IMG/VR virus record: IMGVR_UViG_3300031951_000003
Span: 248,001 to 312,000 of that record
Strand: one strand, 5' to 3'
Length of the DNA: 64,000 nt
Shown here: positions 27,971 to 37,489 of the stretch, piece after piece
How the letters are laid out: the number at the start of each line of letters is the position of its first letter
How positions within the stretch are numbered: position 1 is the first letter of the stretch
Made by a program: the position numbers and the translations under genes
Notes under the pieces: generated by a model
Seen by the model: only the letters and a program-made list of their open reading frames with translations
Databases searched by the model: none
What the model was told of the DNA's origin: nothing

Positions 27971-28262
27971 TACCTAATTTTTTTCTGTGTCCTTGTATAA
28001 TTTGAATTGCCTCAGTTAATTCATTATAATTTCTTTCTGGAGCATATAAATGAGGTTCATAATCTTTATCGTCACCTTCGATAATCATCAAAGCTGGAAC
28101 CATGTCATTTTCCGTCACTTCAGAATACATATTATATTCTTTGGAATACTCATCGATGTCTCGTTCAAAGAAGTCTATGTTTTCGGTTCTCAACATTTTT
28201 TTGAATTCATCACAATGAGGACATCCTTTCATTGTGTATACTATAACGTTTAAATTTTTCAT
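27963..28262 (-). CDS. glutaredoxin
   Basis: VYTMKGCPHC, MVP. Confidence 0.88.
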   Translation of the reverse strand: MKNLNVIVYTMKGCPHCDEFKKMLRTENIDFFERDIDEYSKEYNMYSEVTENDMVPALMIIEGDDKDYEPHLYAPERNYNELTEAIQIIQGHRKKLGII

Positions 28263-28263
28263 T

Positions 28264-28587
28264 TTAATCTAAAAGATTTAATACTTCGGGTGCAGTCATG
28301 ACACCAGGTTTAGAAAACACCTCTTTACCTTCTTTAAATATTTTAATTGTTGGAACACTTCTGATTTGAAGTTCGTTTACGACATACTCTCTATCGGAAT
28401 CAATATCCAACTTATAGATTGAATACTTGGGTGAACTTGTTGACTCACTAATCAGGGATTCGTTCACCTTTTCGAGATTGTATAACATTATTTTACAAGG
28501 TCCGCACCATGTTGCAAACAAATCCAATACAAAATTTTCTCCGTTGTTAATTTTTTGTTTAAGTTGTTCCGTTGTTATCTGTTCCAT
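28264..28587 (-). CDS. trxA: thioredoxin
   Basis: FATWCGPCK, IRSVPT. Confidence 0.92.
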   Translation of the reverse strand: MEQITTEQLKQKINNGENFVLDLFATWCGPCKIMLYNLEKVNESLISESTSSPKYSIYKLDIDSDREYVVNELQIRSVPTIKIFKEGKEVFSKPGVMTAPEVLNLLD

Positions 28588-28918
28588 CTTTGAAGGGTTT
28601 TAAAAGTTGAGTTGTTAAAAAAACAAGTTCTTTAAATTGTTCAGGTTTATAATAAATAGTGAGTCCAAACTCATCTTCTCCATTTACGTTTATTGTATTA
28701 ACTTGAAGATAGAACTTTTGAGCTGTTTCGTAAATGACTTCCTCCCATTTAGCTTTGCCTCGGTTGGAAACTACTCCTCTCTCATAAACTCTCTTAAGTT
28801 TTTTTTCATCCAAATACTTGATTAAATCATCTGGATATCTGTGAAAATCCAAAAGGGAAAAAATACCTTCTTTTTTTTCTAATTGATTAATAAAATCTGG
28901 TTTACCTAAAAATCCCAT
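28559..28918 (-). CDS. hypothetical protein
   Basis: Operonic ORF. Confidence 0.7.
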   Translation of the reverse strand: MGFLGKPDFINQLEKKEGIFSLLDFHRYPDDLIKYLDEKKLKRVYERGVVSNRGKAKWEEVIYETAQKFYLQVNTINVNGEDEFGLTIYYKPEQFKELVFLTTQLLKPFKDGTDNNGTT

Positions 28919-30519
28919 GTGTAATAATTGTTTGTTGTTTTTCTCTCAGTCCAAATCAAGTTTCCATCATCATCAAAATGAGAACCTGAGGAAAGTTTGA
29001 TTCCGTTGTTACAAACTTTTTCTATCGAGACTGTTTCGAATTTTTTATCCTCAAAGCAAGATAAGACAACTTCATCTAATTTCAATAGAACCTTACTCCA
29101 AGATGAATCAAGTTTTTGATTGAATTTTCCTAAAGTTTGAACTCTATCCACATGTATTTTGTCTATATTTTTCAGAAAAACAATTCTATATTCAATCGTT
29201 GCTCTTTCTGTGGAATCAATTGAATTTTTTCTAAGTGAAATTATCATGGAACCCGCTTTACCAATATATCCTTTTACACAGTTGGATTGATTAAAACTTT
29301 CATGATTATATTCTTCACTAGTTTTCAATAAGACAGGAAAAAAATCATCTAAAGGTTTTTCGATTCTGTCATAAAAATACTCAGGATAAAGTCTTATGTA
29401 AGACCCTTTACGATAATGGTCCAATTTATCAGTCCAATCCAAGTGTTCTGCTTGGAATTTATTGTAATCATTACCATCAGTCGTCCACCTTGTTTCAGTC
29501 TCACCGAATTCTTTTAAGGAAGTGTAGGTTCTTACATGGTCATTAAATGTCCAATTGTTCATTGTGTCATTGAGAATCATTCCTTTAAAAACAGAATAAA
29601 CTTTTTTCAATTCTTCGTTGGAAAGATAATTTTTGAAATTATCAGGTATTGATATGGATTTCCCTTGAGAACTTAGAATTTCTTTGATGATATCACCATC
29701 TTGATTTAACCAATCCTCTCCGAATAATTTCTTAGCACAAGTATAAAGTTCAACATTGAGAAAATTTACTTCATGTAGATATTTTTTAAGTTTTTTTCCT
29801 TTAAAACTCCAAACTTGCATAAATGTATCAACAATTTTCTTGTCATTTTTTTTCAAGATTTTTCTGTAATCCTTACCCCACATGAAATTCACATAAATCC
29901 AAAAATTATTTGGATACTTGAAACCCTTTTTGTCCAAATAGAATTTCATTAATTTTTCATCATTATCCAATTTATCCAAATTTAAATCTATTCTTTCGAA
30001 GAATTTATTAGCAACTTCGAAAATAACCTCAGATGAGTTGTCACAAAAATTGGAGAGATGATTTTTGATACTTGACAGTATAGAGGAAAAAGGGTTATTA
30101 GGAAAATAATTTCTTCGTATGGATTTAGTGAATTTTTTTTTCTTTTGGTAATTGTGCAAATATCCTCTATAAAAATCGCCCGTCTTTTTGTTTACGGTTA
30201 GAAATTCAACATTTTTAGAGACTTTGAACCATGGCTTCCCAACCCCTCTGGCCTTTCCACCATAGAAAAATTTCAAGGATAATTTATCATCTTTTTCTTC
30301 AATTACAATCATACTGTAATACCTGTTTACAGCATAGATGGGGTTGGCAAAATTCTTTACGAATGTTTCCTCATCGTGAAATTTGTTTTCAATTACGAAT
30401 AAAGGATGTCTCAAGTCCTCTGTTTCTCCAAAAACTATATTCCTCTCATTCAAAGATGAGTGGTCTCTATATTTTTCAGAAATGAATTTTGTAAAATTTA
30501 CTTTATAGATTTCAGTCAT
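28906..30519 (-). CDS. PcfJ-like domain protein
   Basis: C-terminal HESFNQSNCVKGY...RATIEY...VQTLGKFN. Confidence 0.7.
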   Translation of the reverse strand: MTEIYKVNFTKFISEKYRDHSSLNERNIVFGETEDLRHPLFVIENKFHDEETFVKNFANPIYAVNRYYSMIVIEEKDDKLSLKFFYGGKARGVGKPWFKVSKNVEFLTVNKKTGDFYRGYLHNYQKKKKFTKSIRRNYFPNNPFSSILSSIKNHLSNFCDNSSEVIFEVANKFFERIDLNLDKLDNDEKLMKFYLDKKGFKYPNNFWIYVNFMWGKDYRKILKKNDKKIVDTFMQVWSFKGKKLKKYLHEVNFLNVELYTCAKKLFGEDWLNQDGDIIKEILSSQGKSISIPDNFKNYLSNEELKKVYSVFKGMILNDTMNNWTFNDHVRTYTSLKEFGETETRWTTDGNDYNKFQAEHLDWTDKLDHYRKGSYIRLYPEYFYDRIEKPLDDFFPVLLKTSEEYNHESFNQSNCVKGYIGKAGSMIISLRKNSIDSTERATIEYRIVFLKNIDKIHVDRVQTLGKFNQKLDSSWSKVLLKLDEVVLSCFEDKKFETVSIEKVCNNGIKLSSGSHFDDDGNLIWTERKTTNNYYTWDF

Positions 30520-30535
30520 TAGTATACAAATATAA

Positions 30536-30563
30536 TAAAAAAAGAAGGGAGAAAACTCCCTTC
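30536..30563 (-). terminator. intrinsic terminator
   Basis: GAAGGGAG-TTTT-CTCCCTTC followed by a T run. Confidence 0.8.
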
Positions 30564-30568
30564 AAAAA

Positions 30569-31324
30569 TTAACCACAATATGATTCAGCCAATTCCCAAA
30601 GACCGGTGTTGATTTTATTAATGGTTTGGAAGTTTTTCAATTCCTTCATTGTAACCAAACGACCTCTCTTGGATTGATATTTAGTTCCACCACGGACAAA
30701 TTTTTCTTGAATCACATTAAAGACTTTCCAAACAGAATTACCGCTATCAGCATCTCTCTCGGGACGAAGTAATTCTTCAACGTTTATTGAGGTAGGAACT
30801 GAACCTTTTTCCCAACGAAGGAGGGATGCCTTATTCATCATATCAATTGTTCTTTCTTCGTTGAGTTCTGTCGTTTCCATACGACCTACAGCTCTTTGGA
30901 TAAGTGGGAGACGGTCAGCGAACTCATCAGTGATTTGACGAACAACCCCCATGTCAACACGCATATGTTTAACAGAAATACTGTCAGCAACTGATGTTGG
31001 AACAGTAAGACCATTTGAGCAAACCAAACGGAAAAGACCGGCGCTCACTGAAAAGGTGCTCATGCCATTGTGTGAATTTCGAATCACTGCCTCAACCAAT
31101 GAATCTCCGACTTGAGGTAATTCTCCATTTCTTAAACGTAGTTCGTGACTCGAAAAACGACCTTGACCTATTTGTTTTGCGGAATAGAGTCTCCAACCTT
31201 CACGGTCAAAATTTTCCAAAATTTCCATGGTTGGAACGAAGGTATACTTCTCAGACATTTTAGGGTCTGCACTTGTAGAGAAAACGGCGGGAACTGTGTT
31301 ACGAATAGAATCGAGTGTAATCAT
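30569..31324 (-). CDS. DUF932/DUF945-family protein
   Basis: SEKYTFVPT...NSHNG...AGLFRLVCSNGL...WKVFNVIQE...LWELAE. Confidence 0.88.
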   Translation of the reverse strand: MITLDSIRNTVPAVFSTSADPKMSEKYTFVPTMEILENFDREGWRLYSAKQIGQGRFSSHELRLRNGELPQVGDSLVEAVIRNSHNGMSTFSVSAGLFRLVCSNGLTVPTSVADSISVKHMRVDMGVVRQITDEFADRLPLIQRAVGRMETTELNEERTIDMMNKASLLRWEKGSVPTSINVEELLRPERDADSGNSVWKVFNVIQEKFVRGGTKYQSKRGRLVTMKELKNFQTINKINTGLWELAESYCG

Positions 31325-31342
31325 GTTTATTAATTTAGATTA

Positions 31343-31372
31343 CAAAGATACAGTATTAATTTGAATTACAAA
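31343..31372 (-). promoter_or_regulatory. Bacteroidota sigma-A-type promoter
   Basis: TTTG-N18-TATCTTTG. Confidence 0.65.
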
Positions 31373-31374
31373 AA

Positions 31375-31653
31375 TTAATTTAAACAAACTAGACCAAATT
31401 TAGTCTTGAAGAAAGGTGCAAATAATTCTTTAGTTTCGATTGGTTTCTGATTAAGCTCTCTACACACGTCAATGAGTTGTTTCTGAGTTAAACTAACCTC
31501 TTTACCATTTTCGATATTATCAAAGGCTACCTCACGAATCTTTACATAAAATTCTTCTTCCTTGTCTTTTGGAATAAGATTAAATAAGTCTTTTGGATTT
31601 TCCTTGAAAAACTTGACGATGTTATTCATATATATGTCAACATCTACGCTCAT
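31375..31653 (-). CDS. hypothetical protein
   Basis: Start revised to MSVDVDIY to avoid overlap with the upstream gene. Confidence 0.7.
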   Translation of the reverse strand: MSVDVDIYMNNIVKFFKENPKDLFNLIPKDKEEEFYVKIREVAFDNIENGKEVSLTQKQLIDVCRELNQKPIETKELFAPFFKTKFGLVCLN

Positions 31654-31663
31654 AGTGAAATGA

Positions 31664-32986
31664 TTATTCCTCACCTTCCAAATCCCACATATTGTTACCC
31701 ATGTCACTACCTTTTCTTTTGATACATTCAGGAACTTGACAATTGTCACTTCCTTTCAGATTAATAAAGAAAAGACTCGGCATGTTACACACACATTCAG
31801 GGATAGAAGTAAGTTGTTTGTTATTAATAAGTGCTAAGAACTTCAACTTTGGTAATTCACAAATTGAATCGGGCACAGTTTCAACACAATTATCAAGTAA
31901 TATCATTCTCAAGTCTTTGAATCTAGAAATCGATTCAGGAATGTTAATAATAATATTATTTTTGTCTCTATTTTGGATTTGAAATTCAGTCAAGGTAGAT
32001 GGTAAGTTATCTATCAAATCGTCTAAACCATAAAGGGCAATGAATTTTCCAATTGCACCATGAGAAAAACTATCAATAACAAGTTTTTCACCTCCAACAG
32101 TCAAACCTTTTGCAAATTCTGGTTTGAATAACGGTTTCAATTCAGACATTCTTCCATTGAGTAGCCCAACTAAATCTTGTTGACGGTCATCCTTGTCCAT
32201 AAATTGATTGGATGGGAAATGGAATTGAAATCTTTCAACAGGTAAACCTGTTTCAGAGGCTTTGTTAGGGTCATTTGGATTGAACACAACATATAATGGA
32301 CCGTCCTTAATATATCTATCAAACCAAGACAATCCAGGTGCAGAAGTGCACCATCTAGTCTCTCTATTATTTCCACCGTAAAAACATGCGGCTTCTTTTC
32401 CTGATAAACCCTTGTCTTCAATCTTAATCACTCTCCAATCTTCACCGTCATACATGAGTTCAGCACCAGGGTGAACTTCGGCAGTTTTTCTTTCTGCTTT
32501 AGTTGTTGTTGCCATCGTAAGGTCGAAGTCTTTAACTTCGTCATACAATTGGTCAGGAGTCAACTTCATTATATCCCTTTTTTCCAAAGGAATACGTTTG
32601 TAAAATCTTCCGAATTTCTTCAAATCATCTGTAACCTTATACAGGTCTTCCAAGAATGTTTCCTTTACTTGAGCAAGTTCTCTTTCATAACCCGTATCAC
32701 CAGGTTGTCTTTCAGTCTTAACGTTCAAGAAACTTTTGATGAGCCAGTTAACATACTTACCTGCCTTTATTTTTTCAAGTTCTTTGGAGTCTGCACTCTC
32801 AGGGTCAACGTTATTTAATTTAGTGGTAGGGTCTGCCTGCACCAATTTTAAAAATTCAGCCACGGTCATCTTGGGCTTTTGTTTTTTTCCCTTCTTGTCT
32901 TCAGTAGGTTTTGTTAAAGCATTTCTCAAAATCTCAAATCTTGATTGCTCCAACAAAATATCTTTAAGTAATGATGTAAATTTCAT
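31664..32986 (-). CDS. 'YG..T.WCT' domain protein with C-terminal leucine-rich repeats
   Basis: AACFYGG...TRWCTS; IPESISRFKDLRMILL / VPDSICELPKLKFLAL.NN / IPECVCNMPSLFFINL. Confidence 0.75.
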   Translation of the reverse strand: MKFTSLLKDILLEQSRFEILRNALTKPTEDKKGKKQKPKMTVAEFLKLVQADPTTKLNNVDPESADSKELEKIKAGKYVNWLIKSFLNVKTERQPGDTGYERELAQVKETFLEDLYKVTDDLKKFGRFYKRIPLEKRDIMKLTPDQLYDEVKDFDLTMATTTKAERKTAEVHPGAELMYDGEDWRVIKIEDKGLSGKEAACFYGGNNRETRWCTSAPGLSWFDRYIKDGPLYVVFNPNDPNKASETGLPVERFQFHFPSNQFMDKDDRQQDLVGLLNGRMSELKPLFKPEFAKGLTVGGEKLVIDSFSHGAIGKFIALYGLDDLIDNLPSTLTEFQIQNRDKNNIIINIPESISRFKDLRMILLDNCVETVPDSICELPKLKFLALINNKQLTSIPECVCNMPSLFFINLKGSDNCQVPECIKRKGSDMGNNMWDLEGEE

Positions 32987-33030
32987 CTACCACGAATTTA
33001 TTAATAAATATATTGATTACACAAAAATAA

Positions 33031-33870
33031 CTAATAATTCAATATCAAGAGCTCTTCACCCATATTTTGTTTCGTCCCTTTTTTCGCAGCAGCTGCTTTA
33101 GCAAACTTCTTCTTTTCCCATCTGAATCTATCTGTTGAATACCATTGACTTAAAAGGTCAAAATCGTAGTAAGATAAACTAAACTTACTTTGGACTGAAT
33201 TCAACACATTTGCCAATCTTTCGTGGTCTGCTCTGTCGAAATCATGGTTGGAATAGTAATTTTCAGTTTTCCAATATGGTGGGTCCAAGTAAATATAAGT
33301 TGACGGGGAGTCGTATTTCTCTATAACCTTTTGGAAATCCATATTTTCAACATGAGTAATCTTATTAAAGTGTTCGACCCATTTTGGATTAGATAGTTTG
33401 TCTCTGAAAGACAAATATTTTGAACGATACTTTCCCTTCAAATCTATAAAGTTAGAAGTTTCAGGTTTACTTCCACTGAACACTTGAGTGACAATGTAAA
33501 CGTATTTTGCAGCAACTTCGTAGTCAGGGTAATTTATAGTAAATCCCGATGAAAATAATTCAGTTTGATACTCTCTGAATCTATCCTTGTAACTTATGTC
33601 TGTAACTAATTTACCAAACTCTTGAACCGGTATGGTGTCCAAAACTCTTTGGAGTTCAGCAGGATTCTGAACACATTGAAATAGATTGTAGTTTAGTGGG
33701 TTGAAGTCATTGTAGACCACTCGTTTGAGGTTTGTGAATTTTTCTAAATTCATGTTGAAATAACACCAAAACATTCCCCCGAATGTTTCGACATATGTTT
33801 CCATATCCTCAGGATAGTATTCGACTATCCATTTTCCAATTTTTGATTTTCCTCCGATATAACTTAACAT
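33031..33870 (-). CDS. dam: Dam-type DNA adenine methyltransferase
   Basis: YIGGKS, YVETFGG, VYNDFN, YLDPPY. Confidence 0.9.
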   Translation of the reverse strand: MLSYIGGKSKIGKWIVEYYPEDMETYVETFGGMFWCYFNMNLEKFTNLKRVVYNDFNPLNYNLFQCVQNPAELQRVLDTIPVQEFGKLVTDISYKDRFREYQTELFSSGFTINYPDYEVAAKYVYIVTQVFSGSKPETSNFIDLKGKYRSKYLSFRDKLSNPKWVEHFNKITHVENMDFQKVIEKYDSPSTYIYLDPPYWKTENYYSNHDFDRADHERLANVLNSVQSKFSLSYYDFDLLSQWYSTDRFRWEKKKFAKAAAAKKGTKQNMGEELLILNY

Positions 33871-33906
33871 ATAAGAAATATAATAAAAAAAATCAAAAAA
33901 GCAAAT

Positions 33907-34083
33907 TTAGTTATAACAATTTTTGTAAGGTCTACATGAAGCTTTCTGAGTAAATCCCATATCTGAGCATGATGTAGATTTACAATATGATTTACTATAT
34001 TTCCTTGGTTTCTTAAATTTCTTTTGTTCTTTCTCGTCCAAATATTGGTAAAGAACTCTTTTAATAATTTGTTCCAAAATCAT
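33907..34083 (-). CDS. small Cys-containing basic protein (58 aa)
   Basis: MILEQIIKRVL...YC...C..MGFTQKASC...C; not in the ORF track. Confidence 0.7.
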   Translation of the reverse strand: MILEQIIKRVLYQYLDEKEQKKFKKPRKYSKSYCKSTSCSDMGFTQKASCRPYKNCYN

Positions 34084-34093
34084 AATTATAAAT

Positions 34094-34234
34094 ATGGCAT
34101 GTAGTAGTTGTAAATCAAATCGTCCAATAAATAGAGTTAAATGGGGCGTGTTAATTTTAGGAAGTTATATTGTTTTCTCATCTGTTTACGGAACAATCGA
34201 AATATTCAAAATTATAATAGAATTTTTTAAATAG
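34094..34234 (+). CDS. small MACSSCK membrane protein (46 aa)
   Basis: N-terminal CxxC plus one TM; not in the ORF track. Confidence 0.65.
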   Translation: MACSSCKSNRPINRVKWGVLILGSYIVFSSVYGTIEIFKIIIEFFK

Positions 34235-35147
34235 GTCTCTCGAATTTCAAATTGAGTTTAACATAAAAATCACCACCTTTATATCCTTTTCCTCTTAATC
34301 TTAAAGGTTTAGATGTGTCTATTATTTTTGGTGCTTGTAAATTTAAATCACCATCTGGATGTGGAATTAAAAATTTATCATTTTGTATTTGTTCCAAATT
34401 CAGTGTCAAATTATAAACCAAATCTGAATTAATCTTTTCAAACCCATCTTTCGGGACCATTTCCACTTGAATTACCAAATCCCCCATACCTCCGTTTTTG
34501 AAATCACCCAAGTTTGGTAGTTTGAGAAACTGTCCACTATCAATACCTTGTGGGACTTTGACCCTAATGCTATGAATGGTCTGACTTGTTCCTTTTCCAC
34601 CACACAAATAACACCTTTCAACTAAAATGGTTCCTTGACCATTGCAGTTCCCGCAAATTGTCCTTATTTGTTGAACCATGAATCCTGTCCCAAATGTTTT
34701 GATAAAGAAACCTTGACCACCGCAAGACCCACAGGTTTGATGCTGGCCCCCGTTACCTTGACAAGAATTACACGGAATATCTCTACTATATTGAATTTCC
34801 TTTTCCCCACCCAAATAGGATTCAATTGGTGAAACTTGAAGTCTCACAACTTTGTCTGGTGCATGCCTCGGTCTTTGTCCTTGGAAATGAGGATTGCGAC
34901 CAAACATGTTATCAAAGAAACTCTCAAAATTGGTTCCTTGATATGGGTTGGACTTTTGATTATTATACTGAGCTCTTTTTTCTCTGTCTCCCAAAACTTC
35001 GTAAGCTTCGTTTATCTCTTTAAATTTTTCAGCACCATCGGGATTGATGTCAGGATGAAATCTTTTTGAGAGGTTTCTGTAACTCTTTTTGATTTCATCT
35101 TCTGAGGCATTCTCTTCAACTTCTAGAATTTTGTAGTAATTTTTCAT
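34227..35147 (-). CDS. dnaJ: DnaJ chaperone
   Basis: J domain with HPD, four CxxCxGxG motifs, C-terminal domain. Confidence 0.95.
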   Translation of the reverse strand: MKNYYKILEVEENASEDEIKKSYRNLSKRFHPDINPDGAEKFKEINEAYEVLGDREKRAQYNNQKSNPYQGTNFESFFDNMFGRNPHFQGQRPRHAPDKVVRLQVSPIESYLGGEKEIQYSRDIPCNSCQGNGGQHQTCGSCGGQGFFIKTFGTGFMVQQIRTICGNCNGQGTILVERCYLCGGKGTSQTIHSIRVKVPQGIDSGQFLKLPNLGDFKNGGMGDLVIQVEMVPKDGFEKINSDLVYNLTLNLEQIQNDKFLIPHPDGDLNLQAPKIIDTSKPLRLRGKGYKGGDFYVKLNLKFERPI

Positions 35148-35149
35148 AT

Positions 35150-35794
35150 ATGGCTAATTACCTCGTGGTATTATTCAAGGATAAAAAAAAGAAAAGAATA
35201 ATAAATAAGTTTATCACCCCTTCCAAGGCTAAGGATTTTTTCAACAAAAAAATGAAAGAATCCAGTGACGTAATTTTTGATGTAAAATATGAATCAGGAA
35301 AGGAAGTCGACTATGAAATGGGTATAATACATATGAGTTCAAAACAAGAAGTGCCAATCTATCTAACCGACGATTTGGGTAGAAATTTGAGAGTAAAACT
35401 TGATGAACCTGGTATGACATTGATTTTAATATCTCCATACAAAAAGGAGGAAAAGGTTTTCGACATTCAAACGAAAAAGAAGATAGAAGTCCAAAGGTTG
35501 ATAAAAACTTATTTGAAGGGCGAAGGTGTAAAAATGATATCAATGTTGAATAATAAGGTTATCATTCAAGATGAGGAAAAAGTCTTTTTGTTCACTTTGA
35601 AAAATGAATCAGAAGCATCACGTTTTATTGATTGTCTATCAAATTACTTTTGGAAAATCAAAAGGGGTGATTGTCTGTTTGTTAAGGACTTTTCTAAACC
35701 ACAGAAAAAATACTTATATCAATTGTTGGAAAATAAAGGATTTGATAAGTCCATCTTATACAGAAGATTTACTTCTCTTCCTCATCAAGAATAA
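35150..35794 (+). CDS. hypothetical protein
   Basis: 214-aa ORF divergent from dnaJ. Confidence 0.75.
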   Translation: MANYLVVLFKDKKKKRIINKFITPSKAKDFFNKKMKESSDVIFDVKYESGKEVDYEMGIIHMSSKQEVPIYLTDDLGRNLRVKLDEPGMTLILISPYKKEEKVFDIQTKKKIEVQRLIKTYLKGEGVKMISMLNNKVIIQDEEKVFLFTLKNESEASRFIDCLSNYFWKIKRGDCLFVKDFSKPQKKYLYQLLENKGFDKSILYRRFTSLPHQE

Positions 35795-35999
35795 AGTGAA
35801 ATTCAGTTCCTGAGATGTCTATTGAAAATTGTTTGTGATGTCTTTCAATCTCTCTGAAATGATTAATGACTTTGGTATATTCTTCCTTTTTCAGCTCGAA
35901 TATCATTGTTGCTTTTCCGACAAAAACGTTTTGACAAGCGTCGGCAATCAAAGCTAACTTTTCTAATTCCCCAAAATCAGTATTTTTATTTTCTGCCAT
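35769..35999 (-). CDS. hypothetical protein
   Basis: Operonic ORF. Confidence 0.7.
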   Translation of the reverse strand: MAENKNTDFGELEKLALIADACQNVFVGKATMIFELKKEEYTKVINHFREIERHHKQFSIDISGTEFHFILDEEEK

Positions 36000-36151
36000 A
36001 AGGTTAGTTTTTTTGGTTTGGGAAATATGTCTTCTTTATTCAACTTTTTTATTTGACGTATGAAGCTTTCTTTTTCCCTTTCCAATTCTTTTTTATCCTT
36101 CGCTTTCTCGCTGTTCAGCCATTGTAATATCTTCTCCTGTCTCTGACTCAT
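35963..36151 (-). CDS. hypothetical protein
   Basis: Operonic ORF. Confidence 0.65.
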   Translation of the reverse strand: MSQRQEKILQWLNSEKAKDKKELEREKESFIRQIKKLNKEDIFPKPKKLTLWQKIKILILGN

Positions 36152-36542
36152 CGTTAATTTCTAATTCAGTTTGTTCTAATTCGAAATCGAAATATAATGT
36201 TTTAAGTTTATCTAAATCAGTCTTTTCGAAAGTTTCTTTCAACTGTTCTATTGTATGTTTGAAAAGTTTTTCTTTGATTTCTTTTTCTTTATTCAATTTA
36301 ATTATTTTTGAAATCTTAGACAAGGTAGAAGAGGTGTTGGCCTCATCCAAGGGTGTAACGAACGAAATCCCTTTTTTATTGGAATCCTCTGTTTCGAAAG
36401 AAACTACTTGTCCTTCCTCAACCATACTCTTTGGAATTACCCATTTAGAAGGAAACTCTATGTCGAAACTCAAATAGGTTTTGAGCTTCCTGATTGAACG
36501 TATGTATTCAATGAACGGGGCTATTTCTTTGTAAAAACTCAT
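36093..36542 (-). CDS. hypothetical protein
   Basis: Operonic ORF. Confidence 0.75.
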   Translation of the reverse strand: MSFYKEIAPFIEYIRSIRKLKTYLSFDIEFPSKWVIPKSMVEEGQVVSFETEDSNKKGISFVTPLDEANTSSTLSKISKIIKLNKEKEIKEKLFKHTIEQLKETFEKTDLDKLKTLYFDFELEQTELEINDESETGEDITMAEQRESEG

Positions 36543-36727
36543 TTCGTAATAAGATATGTTATTATGTAACTCAACGATAAACCTAAGAAGATAAGTTCCC
36601 TGTTACTATAAACCATTGGTTTTGGTTCTTTTTGTAACAGGGCGCTTAAAAATTTTGTGACATTTTTTAATGTTACTAATATTGTGAAAACAAATATAAA
36701 AATATATATCGTTTCAATATTATGCAT
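36539..36727 (-). CDS. small two-TM membrane protein
   Basis: Start revised to MHNIE. Confidence 0.65.
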   Translation of the reverse strand: MHNIETIYIFIFVFTILVTLKNVTKFLSALLQKEPKPMVYSNRELIFLGLSLSYIITYLITK

Positions 36728-36902
36728 TATCCTCTGTCTTTTTGTGTTCAAGAATTTCACCTCTGAGTTTCTGTAAAAGAGCTTTCAATTCTTGTGCAGA
36801 TTTTCTTGCTCTTGTTCCCGCACTCTTATTTCCTTTGAAAAACTTTGTTGTGTCAACTGAAAGTAGTTCGGTCAATTCTTTGATTTTTTCTAATGTTTCC
36901 AT
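36720..36902 (-). CDS. histone H1-like Hc1-family protein
   Basis: KFFKGNKSAGTRARK motif. Confidence 0.8.
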   Translation of the reverse strand: METLEKIKELTELLSVDTTKFFKGNKSAGTRARKSAQELKALLQKLRGEILEHKKTEDNA

Positions 36903-36982
36903 TTTTCTATGGTTATAGTTGTTTATTAATAGTTATAATATTAACTTTTTTACGTCTGGTGTAAATAGAATCAAGATTTTTT

Positions 36983-37450
36983 TCAAATCATATTTTTTTC
37001 CATTAACTTATATAGCTCGGTCAGTATGTCCAAGTCAGACTTACTAAAATCTTTTTCGACATCAAAAACATCATTGAGGAATTTGGGTATTGACATTTTT
37101 ACGTTATCTTGTTGTTGATTATAAAAACTGTCTGAAAAAAATTCTTTGAAATACTCTTTGTGGTCCCCTTCTCTGTTTATTTTAATATTTTCCGCTAGAA
37201 AATTCTCTAATAATTTATTCCAACACCACTCGAAATGTTTTTCTTTATCTTCTTGCGAAAGGTAAATCTTAGTTTCACCCTCGGTGTCTCCCATATAAGT
37301 GTTGATAATAATATGGTTTAAACTTTTGAATAGGTCACCATATAGCTCAATCTTTTCATAACTCATGTTATGAGTATTGAACCAAATCAAAACTTCATCT
37401 TTAGGTATTGTCTTGGACATCCAATTAAAAAAATTCTCCATAGAGTTCAT
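36983..37450 (-). CDS. hypothetical protein
   Basis: 155-aa ORF. Confidence 0.75.
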   Translation of the reverse strand: MNSMENFFNWMSKTIPKDEVLIWFNTHNMSYEKIELYGDLFKSLNHIIINTYMGDTEGETKIYLSQEDKEKHFEWCWNKLLENFLAENIKINREGDHKEYFKEFFSDSFYNQQQDNVKMSIPKFLNDVFDVEKDFSKSDLDILTELYKLMEKNMI

Positions 37451-37489
37451 CTATGGAGAATATAATAAATTAAATTTCAATGTGAATTT

